Shown: positions 19,384 to 28,972, counted from the first letter of the stretch. The stretch: 53,010 nt of DNA from Gammaproteobacteria bacterium (GCA_014859545.1 JACUTZ010000001.1:1-53010); one strand, 5' to 3'. The notes: generated by a model not told the origin, from the letters alone. A program made the numbers and translations.

Positions 19384-19624
19384 TCGGTTCTTCGCAGATT
19401 AGTGGGATAATCCAGATTGGAGCAAGACTTGTGTCGCTAGCGCGACGGTTGATTGGATGCGGGGGGCTGCCCCGCGCGCAGCTTACATTTTACGAAGCCC
19501 ATCCATGGGCTTCGCAGTGTACCTCGCCCGCGGGGGCGAAATCCCCGCATTCAATCCACGTCGCGATAGCGACACAAAACCGTGAATAGGATCATTTCCC
19601 AGTAAAATACGAAGAACCAATTAA
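19380..19624. repeat. 245-bp long imperfect palindromic (MITE-like) element
   Basis: Ends ttaatcggttcttcg / cgaagaaccaattaa. Nested complementary blocks gtgtcgctagcgcgacg / cgtcgcgatagcgacac and gattggatgcgggg / ccccgcattcaatc. Central hairpin cgaagcccatccatgggcttcg. The right half recurs at 221-320. Confidence 0.8.
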
Positions 19625-19703
19625 TCCAGGCCAGCGCTGATGATTCAGGGTGCATCAAAGTGGGCGCGGATGATGCGTGCTCACAAATATGTTGAGCGAC
19701 CCT

Positions 19704-20240
19704 TCACTCCTCCGCGACTGCGGAGGCCAGCTCCTGGCGGGTGTCCAGCACTGGTGCAGCATCCAGGTCCTGGGCATCCATCATCTCGGCCAGACGCTGT
19801 AGCGAGGCGAGGATCTGGTGCTGCTCCCAGTCCCTTAGCTCAACAAAGCGCTGAATGAAACGTTGCTGTAACAGGGTTGGCGCAGCATCCAGTCGCTCCC
19901 TGCCCTCTGCGGTCAGGCTGACAAAGATCCGCCGCCTATCGGTATCGGAACGCACCCGCTGCAGCAGACCGCGCCGCTCCAGGCGATCCAGGATCGAGGT
20001 CACTGTCCCCTGGCTCAAACTCACCCGTCGTGCCAACTCACCGGCGGTCAGCTCATCGGCAGCCAAGGCCTGCATCACCAACAGCTGTGGTCCGGTAAAG
20101 CCGGCCTGTTGCATCAGCTGGCGCGAGCGCAGATCAATGGCACGAATAATCCGCCGCAACGTGATCAATACATCGGTACAACGCGCATCCGCCTCACGAT
20201 CAGACAGCGACGACGCGCTTGTCGATTTCGTTTTCATCAT
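19704..20240 (-). CDS. ectR: MarR-family transcriptional regulator, EctR-like (divergent from ectABC)
   Basis: Winged-helix MarR core (LTAGELARRVSLSQGTVTSILDRLERRGLLQRVRSDTDRRRIFVSLT). Its divergent position upstream of ectA matches the known EctR arrangement. Confidence 0.7.
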   Translation of the reverse strand: MMKTKSTSASSLSDREADARCTDVLITLRRIIRAIDLRSRQLMQQAGFTGPQLLVMQALAADELTAGELARRVSLSQGTVTSILDRLERRGLLQRVRSDTDRRRIFVSLTAEGRERLDAAPTLLQQRFIQRFVELRDWEQHQILASLQRLAEMMDAQDLDAAPVLDTRQELASAVAEE

Positions 20241-20434
20241 CAGATATCAGAGCTCCAAAAACCCGGCTGGCAGTTGGCCTGCACGGCGTTTGCACACGTA
20301 AATCACGGCGCTATTTTACTTCCACATCAAAGTAATTAACAGCACAAAAACCAATCCAATCATTGAAATTCAGCATGTTAGTGCGTTATAGTGCTGATTA
20401 TTACTTTGCACACAAAGGAATATCTCGCCCCAAC

Positions 20435-20932
20435 ATGAATAATCAAACACAAGTCCAGCTGCGCCTGCCGGAGCTGGCGGACGGTAAACCAGTCCACGAA
20501 CTGATTGGCCGCTGTCCCCCGCTGGATCTGAACTCCAGCTATAACTACTTTCTGCTTTGCAGCCACTTTCGCCAGACCTGTGTGATCGCTGAACACCACG
20601 GACAGATCGTCGGTTTTCTTTCTGCCTACCTGCTTCCGGAGCAGCCCAAGACCCTGTTCGTTTGGCAGATCGCCGTGGACGCCAGCATGCGCGGCAGCGG
20701 CCTGGCCGGTAAATTACTGGCAGAACTGCTGGAACGTCCGGCCTGTCGTCAGATCCAGTATCTGGAAACCACCATCGCCCCTGGCAACATACCCTCGCGC
20801 AGGGTGTTTGAGCGCCTGGCCGACAGCCAGGGCGTGGCCATCCACGAAAGCGATTTTTTACAGCCCCATCACTTTGGCAACGAAGGCCATGACGAAGAGC
20901 GGTTGATCCGCCTGGGGCCATTCCAATCCTGA
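20435..20932 (+). CDS. ectA: L-2,4-diaminobutyrate acetyltransferase
   Basis: GNAT fold motifs (VWQIAVDASMRGSGLAGKLL). First gene of the ectABC order. ATG at 20435 preferred over the AT-rich upstream ORF extension. Confidence 0.85.
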   Translation: MNNQTQVQLRLPELADGKPVHELIGRCPPLDLNSSYNYFLLCSHFRQTCVIAEHHGQIVGFLSAYLLPEQPKTLFVWQIAVDASMRGSGLAGKLLAELLERPACRQIQYLETTIAPGNIPSRRVFERLADSQGVAIHESDFLQPHHFGNEGHDEERLIRLGPFQS

Positions 20933-20981
20933 CCAGGGCTTAGCCTTTGTCATATTCAAATAATTAGCAAGGAGATACACC

Positions 20982-22259
20982 ATGAGGATCTTTGAAGAAC
21001 TCGAATCAGAAGTACGCGGTTATGTACGTGCCTTCCCGGCCATCTTTGATGTGGCCAAGGGCTCACACATCTTCGATGAGAACGGCAATAAATTTATCGA
21101 TTTCTTTGCCGGTGCCGGTACCCTGAACTACGGGCATAACAACCCGATCATCAGCGAAGCACTGATCGAATACCTGCAGCGCGACGGTATCGTGCATGCC
21201 CTGGACAAGGCCACCGTGGCCAAGAAAGCCTTTTTGCAGACCTTTTACGACGTCATCCTGGCGCCGCGTAATCTGAACTACAAGATCCAGTTCACCGGCC
21301 CCACCGGTACCAATGCGGTCGAGACCGCGCTCAAGCTGGCGCGGATGGTCAAGCGTCGCTCCAATGTGATCGCCTTTACCAATGGCTACCACGGCCTGAC
21401 CATGGGCGCGCTGGCAGTCACCGGTAACGACTTCTATCGCGATGAATCCTACGGCGCACGCAACAACGCCGACTCGGTGCCCTTCGACGGCTACTTTGGC
21501 CCCGATGTGAACACCATCGACTACCTGCGCAAATTCCTCACCGATGGCTCCTCCGGTATCGACCTGCCGGCGGCGATCATCGTCGAGACCGTGCAGGGCG
21601 AAGGCGGTATTAATGTGGCCAGCGTGAAGTGGTTGCAGGAGCTGTCCGAGCTGTGTCACGAATTCGATATCCTGTTGATCATCGACGATATCCAGGTCGG
21701 CAACGGTCGTACCGGTACCTTCTTCAGCTTCGAACGTGCCGGCATCAAGCCGGACATGGTCTGTCTATCCAAGTCCATCGGTGGTGGTCTGCCAATGGCG
21801 ATCCTGTTGATGCGACCCGAACTGGATCAGTGGCAGCCTGGTGAACACACCGGTACCTTCCGTGGCAACAACCTGGCCTTTGTCGCCGCCACCAAGGCGC
21901 TGAGCTACTGGGAAAACGATGACTTTGCCGAATCGGTCAAGTACAAGGGCCAGATCATGGAAGAGGAACTGAAGAAGATCGTCGACAAGTACCCGCAACT
22001 GGATATCGAGCTGCGCGGCATCGGCATGGTTTGGGGTCTGGATATCCCCCGTCCCGGCTTTGCCGGTGAGGTGTCCAAGGAGGCCTTTGCGAATCACTTG
22101 ATCATCGAGCTGGCCGGTGCCGACGATAGCGTGGTCAAATTCCTGCCGGCGCTGACCATCGACGAGGAAACCCTGCGCGAAGGCCTGACCCTGATCGACA
22201 AGGCCATCGGCGATGTACTGCAGCGTAGCGACGATGCGCGCAAGGGAATTAGCGCATGA
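20982..22259 (+). CDS. ectB: Diaminobutyrate--2-oxoglutarate transaminase
   Basis: Class III aminotransferase motifs (DFFAGAGTLNYGHNNP, IIDDIQVGNGRTG, LSKSIGG with PLP Lys). Lies between ectA and ectC. Confidence 0.9.
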   Translation: MRIFEELESEVRGYVRAFPAIFDVAKGSHIFDENGNKFIDFFAGAGTLNYGHNNPIISEALIEYLQRDGIVHALDKATVAKKAFLQTFYDVILAPRNLNYKIQFTGPTGTNAVETALKLARMVKRRSNVIAFTNGYHGLTMGALAVTGNDFYRDESYGARNNADSVPFDGYFGPDVNTIDYLRKFLTDGSSGIDLPAAIIVETVQGEGGINVASVKWLQELSELCHEFDILLIIDDIQVGNGRTGTFFSFERAGIKPDMVCLSKSIGGGLPMAILLMRPELDQWQPGEHTGTFRGNNLAFVAATKALSYWENDDFAESVKYKGQIMEEELKKIVDKYPQLDIELRGIGMVWGLDIPRPGFAGEVSKEAFANHLIIELAGADDSVVKFLPALTIDEETLREGLTLIDKAIGDVLQRSDDARKGISA

Positions 22260-22684
22260 TCGTTCGTCATCTCGAGGAGATCATCGGCAGCAAACGCGAG
22301 GTACATGCCGAAAACGGCAACTGGGTCAGCCGCCGCTTTGTTCTTGACGAGGACAAGGCCGGCTTTTCCTTCCATGAAACCATCATCAAGGCCGGCACCG
22401 AGACCCATATTTGGTATAAAAACCATATCGAAGCGGTCTACTGCGTAGCCGGTGATGGCGAGATCGAGGATCTAAAAACCGGCCAGGTGCATCCTATCAA
22501 AGATGGCACGCTCTACCTGCTCAATGACCACGACGAACATTTGCTACGTGGCGGCAAGGAAGACATGCGCCTGATCTGCGCCTTCAACCCGCCGGTAACC
22601 GGACGTGAACACCACGACGCAGATGGGGCCTATACATCTCATCCGCGCGAGGCCGAGTACCAAGCGGTACGTGAAGGGAACTGA
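22256..22684 (+). CDS. ectC: L-ectoine synthase
   Basis: MIVRHLEEI...NWVSRR...GFSFHETII.AGTETHIWYKNH.EAVYC..G.GE cupin pattern. ATGA overlap with ectB. Confidence 0.9.
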   Translation: MIVRHLEEIIGSKREVHAENGNWVSRRFVLDEDKAGFSFHETIIKAGTETHIWYKNHIEAVYCVAGDGEIEDLKTGQVHPIKDGTLYLLNDHDEHLLRGGKEDMRLICAFNPPVTGREHHDADGAYTSHPREAEYQAVREGN

Positions 22685-22695
22685 TCTGAACTGTT

Positions 22696-22870
22696 CTCAC
22701 CGCAAAGACGCAAAGGGTTCAAGAAAAAGAGGAGTATTTGCCTGGCTTCAAAGCCACACTCCCTCTTCCCTGACCATGAGTGCTTATTAGCATCGAGAGC
22801 TCGACCCCGTTAGCTTGAGGTCACAGCACCAAGCCAAGTCTTTCTTTGCGTCTTTGCGCCTTTGCGGTGG
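22696..22870. repeat. Periodic-arm inverted-repeat element, copy B (GCAAAG variant)
   Basis: Left arm ctcaccgcaaagacgcaaaggg. Right arm ctttctttgcgtctttgcgcctttgcggtgg. Fills the gap between the convergent ectC and rimO stops. Confidence 0.75.
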
Positions 22871-22879
22871 GCAGTTTTG

Positions 22880-24208
22880 TTACTCTGGCTGCTCAGCGGC
22901 GGTGACGTACAAGTCGTGTTCGTCAGCGGCGTTGATCACCACATCCAGCACATCACCCGGCTCCAGCCCCTCAAAACCACGCAACACCACTACCCCATCG
23001 ATCTCTGGCGCCTCAGCGGGACTACGGGCGATCGCCTCGCTACAGATCACATCATCGACCAATACCGTGGCGCTGGTGCCGACACGCTGTTGCAGCTTGT
23101 TGGCACTGATCGCAGTCTGCACTTCCATAAAGCGCTCCAGCCGTTCCTGCTTAAGCTCCTCTGGCACCGCGCCTGGCAGCTCATTGGCTGCGGCCCCGGC
23201 TACCGAAGAGTAGGCAAAGGCCCCGGCTCGATCCAGCTGGGCCTCCTCAAGAAATTCCAGCAGCATCTCAAAATCACGCTCGGTTTCACCGGGAAAGCCG
23301 ACGATAAAGGTCGAGCGCAGGGTCAGTTGCTCACAGGTCTCACGCCAGGTTTCGATGCGGCGCAGCATGTTTTCGCTGTCGGCCGGGCGGCGCATCGCTT
23401 TGAGTATCGTTGGGCTGGCATGCTGCAGGGGCACATCCAGATACGGCAATGCATAACCATCGGCCATCAATTCAACCAGGCGATCCACTCGGGGATAGGG
23501 ATAGACATAATGCAGACGCAACCAGGCCCCGAGTGAGCCCAGCTGCTTGACCAGGTTTTCGATATCGCTTTTGATCGGCCTGCCCTGCCAGAAGTCGGTA
23601 CGGTACTTGAGATCCACCCCATAGGCGGCGGTGTCCTGGGCCACCACCAGCAATTCCTGCACCCCGTCTTCGACCAGCTTTTCGGCCTCATCGAGGATCT
23701 CGCCGATCGGACGACTGGCCAGTCTGCCGCGCATAGAGGGGATGATGCAAAAGCTACACCGCTGGTTACAGCCCTCGGCGATCTTCAGATAGGCATAGTG
23801 GCGTGGGGTCAGCTTGATCCCACCCGGTGGCACCAGGTCGGTCCAGGGGTCATGCTTGGGCGGCAGGTGGTGGTGGACCGCCGTCATCACCGCTTCCAGC
23901 GAATTGGGGCCGGTGACCGCCAATACCTGCGGGTGTGCGCTCTGCACCACCCCCTCCTTGGCCCCCAGGCAGCCGGTGACGATCACCCGGCCATTCTCGT
24001 TCAGGGCCTCGCCAATGGTCTCCAGGGATTCCTCCACGGCCGCATCGATAAAACCACAGGTATTGACCACCACCAGCTCGGCGCCCTGGTAATCGGGCAC
24101 GATCTGATAGCCTTCGGCACGTAACTGGGTAAGGATGCGCTCGGCATCGACGGTGGCCTTGGGGCAGCCGAGGCTGACAAAGCCGACCTTGGGGATGTGT
24201 TCAGACAT
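22880..24208 (-). CDS. rimO: Ribosomal protein S12 methylthiotransferase
   Basis: N-terminal [12 protein letters not shown], radical-SAM [12 protein letters not shown]-terminal TRAM domain. Confidence 0.9.
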   Translation of the reverse strand: MSEHIPKVGFVSLGCPKATVDAERILTQLRAEGYQIVPDYQGAELVVVNTCGFIDAAVEESLETIGEALNENGRVIVTGCLGAKEGVVQSAHPQVLAVTGPNSLEAVMTAVHHHLPPKHDPWTDLVPPGGIKLTPRHYAYLKIAEGCNQRCSFCIIPSMRGRLASRPIGEILDEAEKLVEDGVQELLVVAQDTAAYGVDLKYRTDFWQGRPIKSDIENLVKQLGSLGAWLRLHYVYPYPRVDRLVELMADGYALPYLDVPLQHASPTILKAMRRPADSENMLRRIETWRETCEQLTLRSTFIVGFPGETERDFEMLLEFLEEAQLDRAGAFAYSSVAGAAANELPGAVPEELKQERLERFMEVQTAISANKLQQRVGTSATVLVDDVICSEAIARSPAEAPEIDGVVVLRGFEGLEPGDVLDVVINAADEHDLYVTAAEQPE

Positions 24209-24283
24209 GGAGTGATCGCCAGGACAGGAATACGGGGCGCCATTCTATACGAAACACGCCCCGGCCCATACTCACACAATCAC

Positions 24284-24490
24284 TCAGGATTTTTTACCTT
24301 CGTTGAGCTCCGCCAGTTTACGGCGTAGCGCCATCAGATCCGGGATGCGGGTACACACCCGCTGGCAGATCTCGCAGACATCCTGCATCGCCTCGCGGAT
24401 CGGCTCATCGTGTTCATGGATGATCGCCTCCTTGCACATATCACACTTATTTTGCGGCTCTTGTCGTTGATCACTATCGCCACTGTTCAC
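24284..24490 (-). CDS. Hypothetical small protein with two CxxC pairs
   Basis: 68 aa with CDMC...CEIC. No recognisable family. Coding status rests only on ORF integrity and position upstream of rimO. Confidence 0.35.
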   Translation of the reverse strand: MNSGDSDQRQEPQNKCDMCKEAIIHEHDEPIREAMQDVCEICQRVCTRIPDLMALRRKLAELNEGKKS

Positions 24491-24637
24491 TGGCTTTCTC
24501 CATACTCATTATGGGAGTACTACAGCGTAAGGCGTCCTTCGCGTCAATCCCTGGCGGGTCAGCAAGCCACCCTGGCTGGCACCATGGGGCCGTATGGGGG
24601 TATATTCGACCCAAACACAAAACAAGAGGGGGACCCG

Positions 24638-25681
24638 ATGCAATATCGTAAGCTGGGCAGAAGCGGCATCAGCGTCAGTCTGATCGGCCTGGGCACCATG
24701 ACCTTTGGTGAGCAAAACAGCGAGAAAGAGGCCCACCAGCAGCTCGACTATGCCATCGAACAGGGGGTGAACTTCATCGACACCGCCGAACTCTATGCCA
24801 TCCCGCCACGAGCCGAGACCTATGGCAGCACCGAGACCATCATCGGCAACTGGCTGGTCCGCAAAAAGCAGCGCGAGAAGATCATTCTCGCCAGCAAGGT
24901 CTGCGGTCCCGGTGGGGACTGGCTGCCGCATATCCGGGGCGGCGAGACCCGCCTGGACCGGCATAACATCAACAAGGCGATCAACGCCAGCCTGAAACGC
25001 CTCAAGACCGATTACCTTGACCTCTACCAACTGCATTGGCCGGACCGCAACACCAACTACTTCGGTAAACTGGGCTATGTGCATGACCCGGACGACCGCC
25101 CGGTACCGATCATCGAAACCCTGCAACTACTCAATGATCTGGTCAAGGACGGCAAGGTGCGGCATGTGGGTCTGTCCAACGAGACCGCCTGGGGGGTGAT
25201 GCGCTATCTGCAACTTTCCGATTGCCTGCAAATGCCCCGTGTGGCAAGTATTCAAAATCCCTACAGCCTGCTCAATCGCAGTTTCGAGGTGGGCCTGGCC
25301 GAGATCGCCCACCGCGAGGATGTCGGCCTGCTGGCCTATTCCCCGCTGGGTTTCGGGGCACTCTCGGGCAAATATCTGAGCCCGGAATCCCCAGCCGAGG
25401 CGCGCCTGAATCGCTGGCCCGACTATGATCGCTACAGCAACCCGGAGGCGCTGGCGGCCACCGCCGCCTATGTCGCACTGGCTCGCGAACACGACCTGGA
25501 TCCGGCGCAAATGGCGCTGGCCTTTGTCAACAGCCGCCCCTTTGTCACCAGCACCCTGATTGGTGCCACCCAGATGGCGCAGTTGCGCAGCAACATCGCC
25601 AGTGCCGATCTCCAACTCAGCCAGGAGGTACTGGACGGCATCGAGGCCATCCAACGCCAATACCCCAATCCCAGCCCATAA
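24638..25681 (+). CDS. NADP(H)-dependent aldo/keto reductase (Tas-like)
   Basis: MQYRKLGRSGISVSLIGLGTMTFG...GVNFIDTAELY...LDLYQLHWPD. ATG at 24638 is preceded by AAGAGGGGG. Confidence 0.85.
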   Translation: MQYRKLGRSGISVSLIGLGTMTFGEQNSEKEAHQQLDYAIEQGVNFIDTAELYAIPPRAETYGSTETIIGNWLVRKKQREKIILASKVCGPGGDWLPHIRGGETRLDRHNINKAINASLKRLKTDYLDLYQLHWPDRNTNYFGKLGYVHDPDDRPVPIIETLQLLNDLVKDGKVRHVGLSNETAWGVMRYLQLSDCLQMPRVASIQNPYSLLNRSFEVGLAEIAHREDVGLLAYSPLGFGALSGKYLSPESPAEARLNRWPDYDRYSNPEALAATAAYVALAREHDLDPAQMALAFVNSRPFVTSTLIGATQMAQLRSNIASADLQLSQEVLDGIEAIQRQYPNPSP

Positions 25682-25706
25682 CGACCCAAGTCCAGAGTTC
25701 TCATAT

Positions 25707-26366
25707 ATGAAACCACAATTAATCAGCTTCAAACTTTGTCCCTTTGTACAACGCTCGGTGATCGTGCTGCAGGAAAAGGGCGTCGACTATGACATCGAGT
25801 ACATCGATATCAACAACCCACCCGACTGGTTCAAGGCCATCTCGCCGCTGGGCAAGGTGCCGGTGCTGCGCGTTGGCGAGGCGGTAGTCTTCGAGTCGGC
25901 GGTGATCATGGAATATCTGGATGAGGTCAACCCCCCCTCGCTACACCCAGCTGAACCGCTGCGCAAGGCACAAAACCGCGCCTGGATGGAGTTTGCCTCC
26001 AGCCTGTTCATGTCCTTGCACGGTCTGGTCAGCGCCGAGCATGAAGCGGATTACCAGGCCGCCGAATCCGCGCTGCGCGGCAAGCTGGCCCAGCTTGATG
26101 CACAACTCAGTGGCCCCTACTTCAATGGTGAAGACTTCAATCTCATCGACGCCGCCTACGCCCCACTGCTGATGCGCCTGGCGCTATTGGAGGAGTGGGC
26201 ACCAATGGGCCTGTACGATGGCCTGAGCAAGCTCCCTGCCTGGTCAGCGGCGGTACTGGCCCGCCCGGCAGTACAAGATTCGGTGATCCCCGAATTTGCC
26301 GAACTCTATCGCCGCTTTATCGGCAACCGGGACGGCTATGCGGCAGAGCGCTTCGACCCCCTCTGA
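25707..26366 (+). CDS. Glutathione S-transferase family protein
   Basis: LISFKLCPFVQRSVIVLQEKGVDYDIEYID...GKVPVL...ESAVIMEYL, an N-terminal thioredoxin-like GST fold. Confidence 0.8.
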   Translation: MKPQLISFKLCPFVQRSVIVLQEKGVDYDIEYIDINNPPDWFKAISPLGKVPVLRVGEAVVFESAVIMEYLDEVNPPSLHPAEPLRKAQNRAWMEFASSLFMSLHGLVSAEHEADYQAAESALRGKLAQLDAQLSGPYFNGEDFNLIDAAYAPLLMRLALLEEWAPMGLYDGLSKLPAWSAAVLARPAVQDSVIPEFAELYRRFIGNRDGYAAERFDPL

Positions 26367-26380
26367 GCCCCACAAACAAA

Positions 26381-26403
26381 CAAGGGGCCATCCGGCCCCT
26401 TGT
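26381..26403. terminator. Bidirectional hairpin terminator between the convergent GST and SH3-domain genes
   Basis: caaggggcc-atcc-ggccccttg followed by tt. Confidence 0.6.
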
Positions 26404-26426
26404 TCCCATCCACGAGCAAGCATCCG

Positions 26427-27023
26427 CTAGATTTCCAGCCCACCCATACGCTCGGAGATGCGGTGGCGATACCACTTCACCCCCAGAAACACCCCAGAGA
26501 GGAACAACAGCAACATCAGCAGGGTTTGATAAAGCCAGGCCAGGCTCCGTTCACCATGACCCAGCTCCGCACGGTACTGCTCAATCTGCTGCACCAGCGC
26601 CGCCTCGTTATCAAGCATGGCCTCAATCCGCTCAGCCTGGTCCGCGTTCTCGGCCTGCATGGCGGCCATCCCCTGCTCCCGTTCGGCTAGCTGCAACAGC
26701 ACCGCCTCATGGCTTTCCCGCAGCTCTTCCAGCAGCAGACGTGCCGGCTTTTCCTCGCTCAAATAGGCCGCGCTTACCCAGCCTTCGATGCCACGCGAGG
26801 TACGGACCTTCACAAAACTCCCCGAACGATCCAATGCCTCCAAACGGGCGCCCGTAGTAACCACTGCCAACGGGGTGTCCGTTGAATTCGGCTGGGGACG
26901 CACCCCAAGCCGCAATTCATCGTGCACATAAAGAAACTCTGCCGAGACTGCCGATGCCCATAGCATCACCAGTACAAACAGGCCGCATACCATGCGTCTA
27001 CACATGAAAAACCCACATTTCAT
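26427..27023 (-). CDS. Bacterial SH3-domain protein with coiled coil and C-terminal TM anchor
   Basis: Signal peptide, SH3b-like segment (VVTTGARLEALDRSGSFVKVRTSRGIEGWVSAAYL), coiled coil, C-terminal TM. Start uncertain: 27041 (TTG), 27023 or 27005. Confidence 0.6.
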   Translation of the reverse strand: MKCGFFMCRRMVCGLFVLVMLWASAVSAEFLYVHDELRLGVRPQPNSTDTPLAVVTTGARLEALDRSGSFVKVRTSRGIEGWVSAAYLSEEKPARLLLEELRESHEAVLLQLAEREQGMAAMQAENADQAERIEAMLDNEAALVQQIEQYRAELGHGERSLAWLYQTLLMLLLFLSGVFLGVKWYRHRISERMGGLEI

Positions 27024-27106
27024 CTCTGAGGAAAGGGGCAAAATACCCCAGTAGTTTGCTCATATTGCAACAACCGTCAAACACCCGCAAGTCCGACACC
27101 TTACGT

Positions 27107-28021
27107 TCAGCCCAGCACCGCAAACCACAACGGCAGGCTGAGCATGCTCAGAATCGTGGTCAAACTCACCGCCATGGCATACAGGCCACTGTCCAGACGA
27201 TAGCGATCACACAGCACGATCCCCAACACCATGGTTGGCATCGCCGCCTCCAGCACCACCGCGATCAGCACCTGCTGGTCCAATGCCGTCACACCAGCCA
27301 CACCCCAGACCAATAGCGGGGTCAGCAATAACTGAATCAAGACCACCGGCAACAACAGCTGCCACTTACCGCGCCAGCCGTCGCCCCAACGCAGCGCCAG
27401 GCCCAGGGAAAACAACATCAGCGGGATCACCCCCGTCGCCAACATCTCCAGACTACCGGCAAGCAGGCTGGGCAAGGGCACGCCGAACAGGTTCAGACCA
27501 ACGCCCAACAAGGCGGCCCATAAGGCCGGCACCCGCAACAGATTTTTCAATGGGTTGACCGGCACACTGACCCCACCATAACGCTGGGCCAGAAAGACCC
27601 CCAGACTCAACAACAACGGTGTTGAGGCAAACAGGTCATACTGAATCGCCACCGTGCGCGCCCACGCTCCCAGGGTTGCTTCCAATACCGGCAGGCCCAG
27701 ATAGGTGACATTCGGAAAGGCCGCCGCCAGCAGGATCGCCCCCATCGCCGCATTCACCGGCGCACGACCACGAAACCAGAGCCAGGCCACCGCCAGTGAG
27801 ACCAGAATGCCAAACGCCGCCAGTGCGGCGATCATCAGCGCATCCAGCGAAAGTGTCGCCTGCCACAGCACCAGCAACACCATGGCCGGCAGCAACAACA
27901 CATAGACCAGGCTGGTCAGACTATGGCGCAAGGTCTCACCATTCACCCCCTGTGGGGCGAAGTGACGCCACAACACGCCACACAGGATCAAGATACCCGC
28001 CTGGGCAATCACCTCATACAT
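27107..28021 (-). CDS. AEC (auxin efflux carrier) family transporter
   Basis: 304-aa polytopic protein with a two-half repeat layout typical of AEC permeases. Confidence 0.7.
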   Translation of the reverse strand: MYEVIAQAGILILCGVLWRHFAPQGVNGETLRHSLTSLVYVLLLPAMVLLVLWQATLSLDALMIAALAAFGILVSLAVAWLWFRGRAPVNAAMGAILLAAAFPNVTYLGLPVLEATLGAWARTVAIQYDLFASTPLLLSLGVFLAQRYGGVSVPVNPLKNLLRVPALWAALLGVGLNLFGVPLPSLLAGSLEMLATGVIPLMLFSLGLALRWGDGWRGKWQLLLPVVLIQLLLTPLLVWGVAGVTALDQQVLIAVVLEAAMPTMVLGIVLCDRYRLDSGLYAMAVSLTTILSMLSLPLWFAVLG

Positions 28022-28245
28022 ACATCACCCTACTTAGCATTCTGCTGTCCTGCCCATTATCTGGCGGCAATGTGGCATTCGTTACCGACAAACTCAAGCA
28101 ACAGCGAAAAAACCCGCCAAAAACCACAAAAAACACCCTTTTAGACCCGCTTCTCCCTTGTCTTTTTTGTATGCGCGTTAGAGAATCAGCGCGACGATAT
28201 TGATATTACTCACCGCGTTCGAACAAACCCAAGGAGAGAAAACCC

Positions 28246-28680
28246 ATGGTTGCCAAGAAAAAAGCCCCGGCCAAGAAAGCACCTGCCAAAAAGGCCACTG
28301 CCAAGAAAGCGGCCCCCAAGACGGCTGCCAAACCCGCTGTCGCTGCACCGAAGAAGATCAAAGCCGTTAAGGAGGCGATGACCAAGACCGCCATGATGCA
28401 AGCCATCGCGGATGAAACCGGTCTGTCGCGCAAGCAGGTTTCAAGCGTCATGGATTCCCTGGGCGGGATCATCGAGGCACACGTCAAGAAGGGTGCTATC
28501 GGCGCCTGCAGCATCCCCGGCCTGATGAAGATCAAGACCATTCGCAAGCCGGCCCAGAAGGCTCGCAAGAATGTACCGAACCCCTTCAAGCCAGGCGAAA
28601 CCATGGATGTGGCTGCCAAGCCGGCCCGCACCGTGGTCAAGGTTCTGCCGCTGAAGAAGCTCAAGGACATGGCCGGCTGA
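28246..28680 (+). CDS. HU/IHF-family DNA-binding protein with N-terminal histone-H1-like Lys/Ala/Pro tail
   Basis: N-terminus AKKKAPAKKAPAKKATAKKAAPK..., then an HU fold (MTKTAMMQAIADETGLSRKQVSSVMDSLGGIIEAHVKKG...IPGLMKIKTIRKPA..ARKNVPNPFKPGE). Confidence 0.8.
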   Translation: MVAKKKAPAKKAPAKKATAKKAAPKTAAKPAVAAPKKIKAVKEAMTKTAMMQAIADETGLSRKQVSSVMDSLGGIIEAHVKKGAIGACSIPGLMKIKTIRKPAQKARKNVPNPFKPGETMDVAAKPARTVVKVLPLKKLKDMAG

Positions 28681-28704
28681 TTCGGGCTTCCCGCCGCATA
28701 ATCA

Positions 28705-28728
28705 AGGGTGCTTCGGCACCCTTTTTTT
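28705..28728 (+). terminator. Rho-independent terminator of the HU-like gene
   Basis: agggtgc-ttcg-gcaccct followed by ttttttt. Confidence 0.8.
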
Positions 28729-28972
28729 ATTACTCCAGTTTATAGCCTCTGGCGGCGAACAAAGATGCGTTTTCCCCGACAACCCCCTGCAAAAACCGCA
28801 GCCTAACGCCGTTTCAGCCAGTTAAGGCAAACGGCACTCAGCATATAAGCATGCACTTTCATTGAGTGAATTAATAGCGAAGCAAAAACATTTAGCTGCC
28901 CTGCACGTTGCAAATACCGCTGTCATGAATTATTCATAGATCACGGTTCGCAAAACTCATACGGAGGCGCCG

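Noticed and set aside
28255-28350. Tandem DNA repeat (aagaaagc.cc.gcc periodicity) that could be taken for a VNTR or CRISPR-like array
   Set aside because: It is in frame within the HU-like gene and encodes the AKKAP tail, so it is a coding low-complexity repeat.
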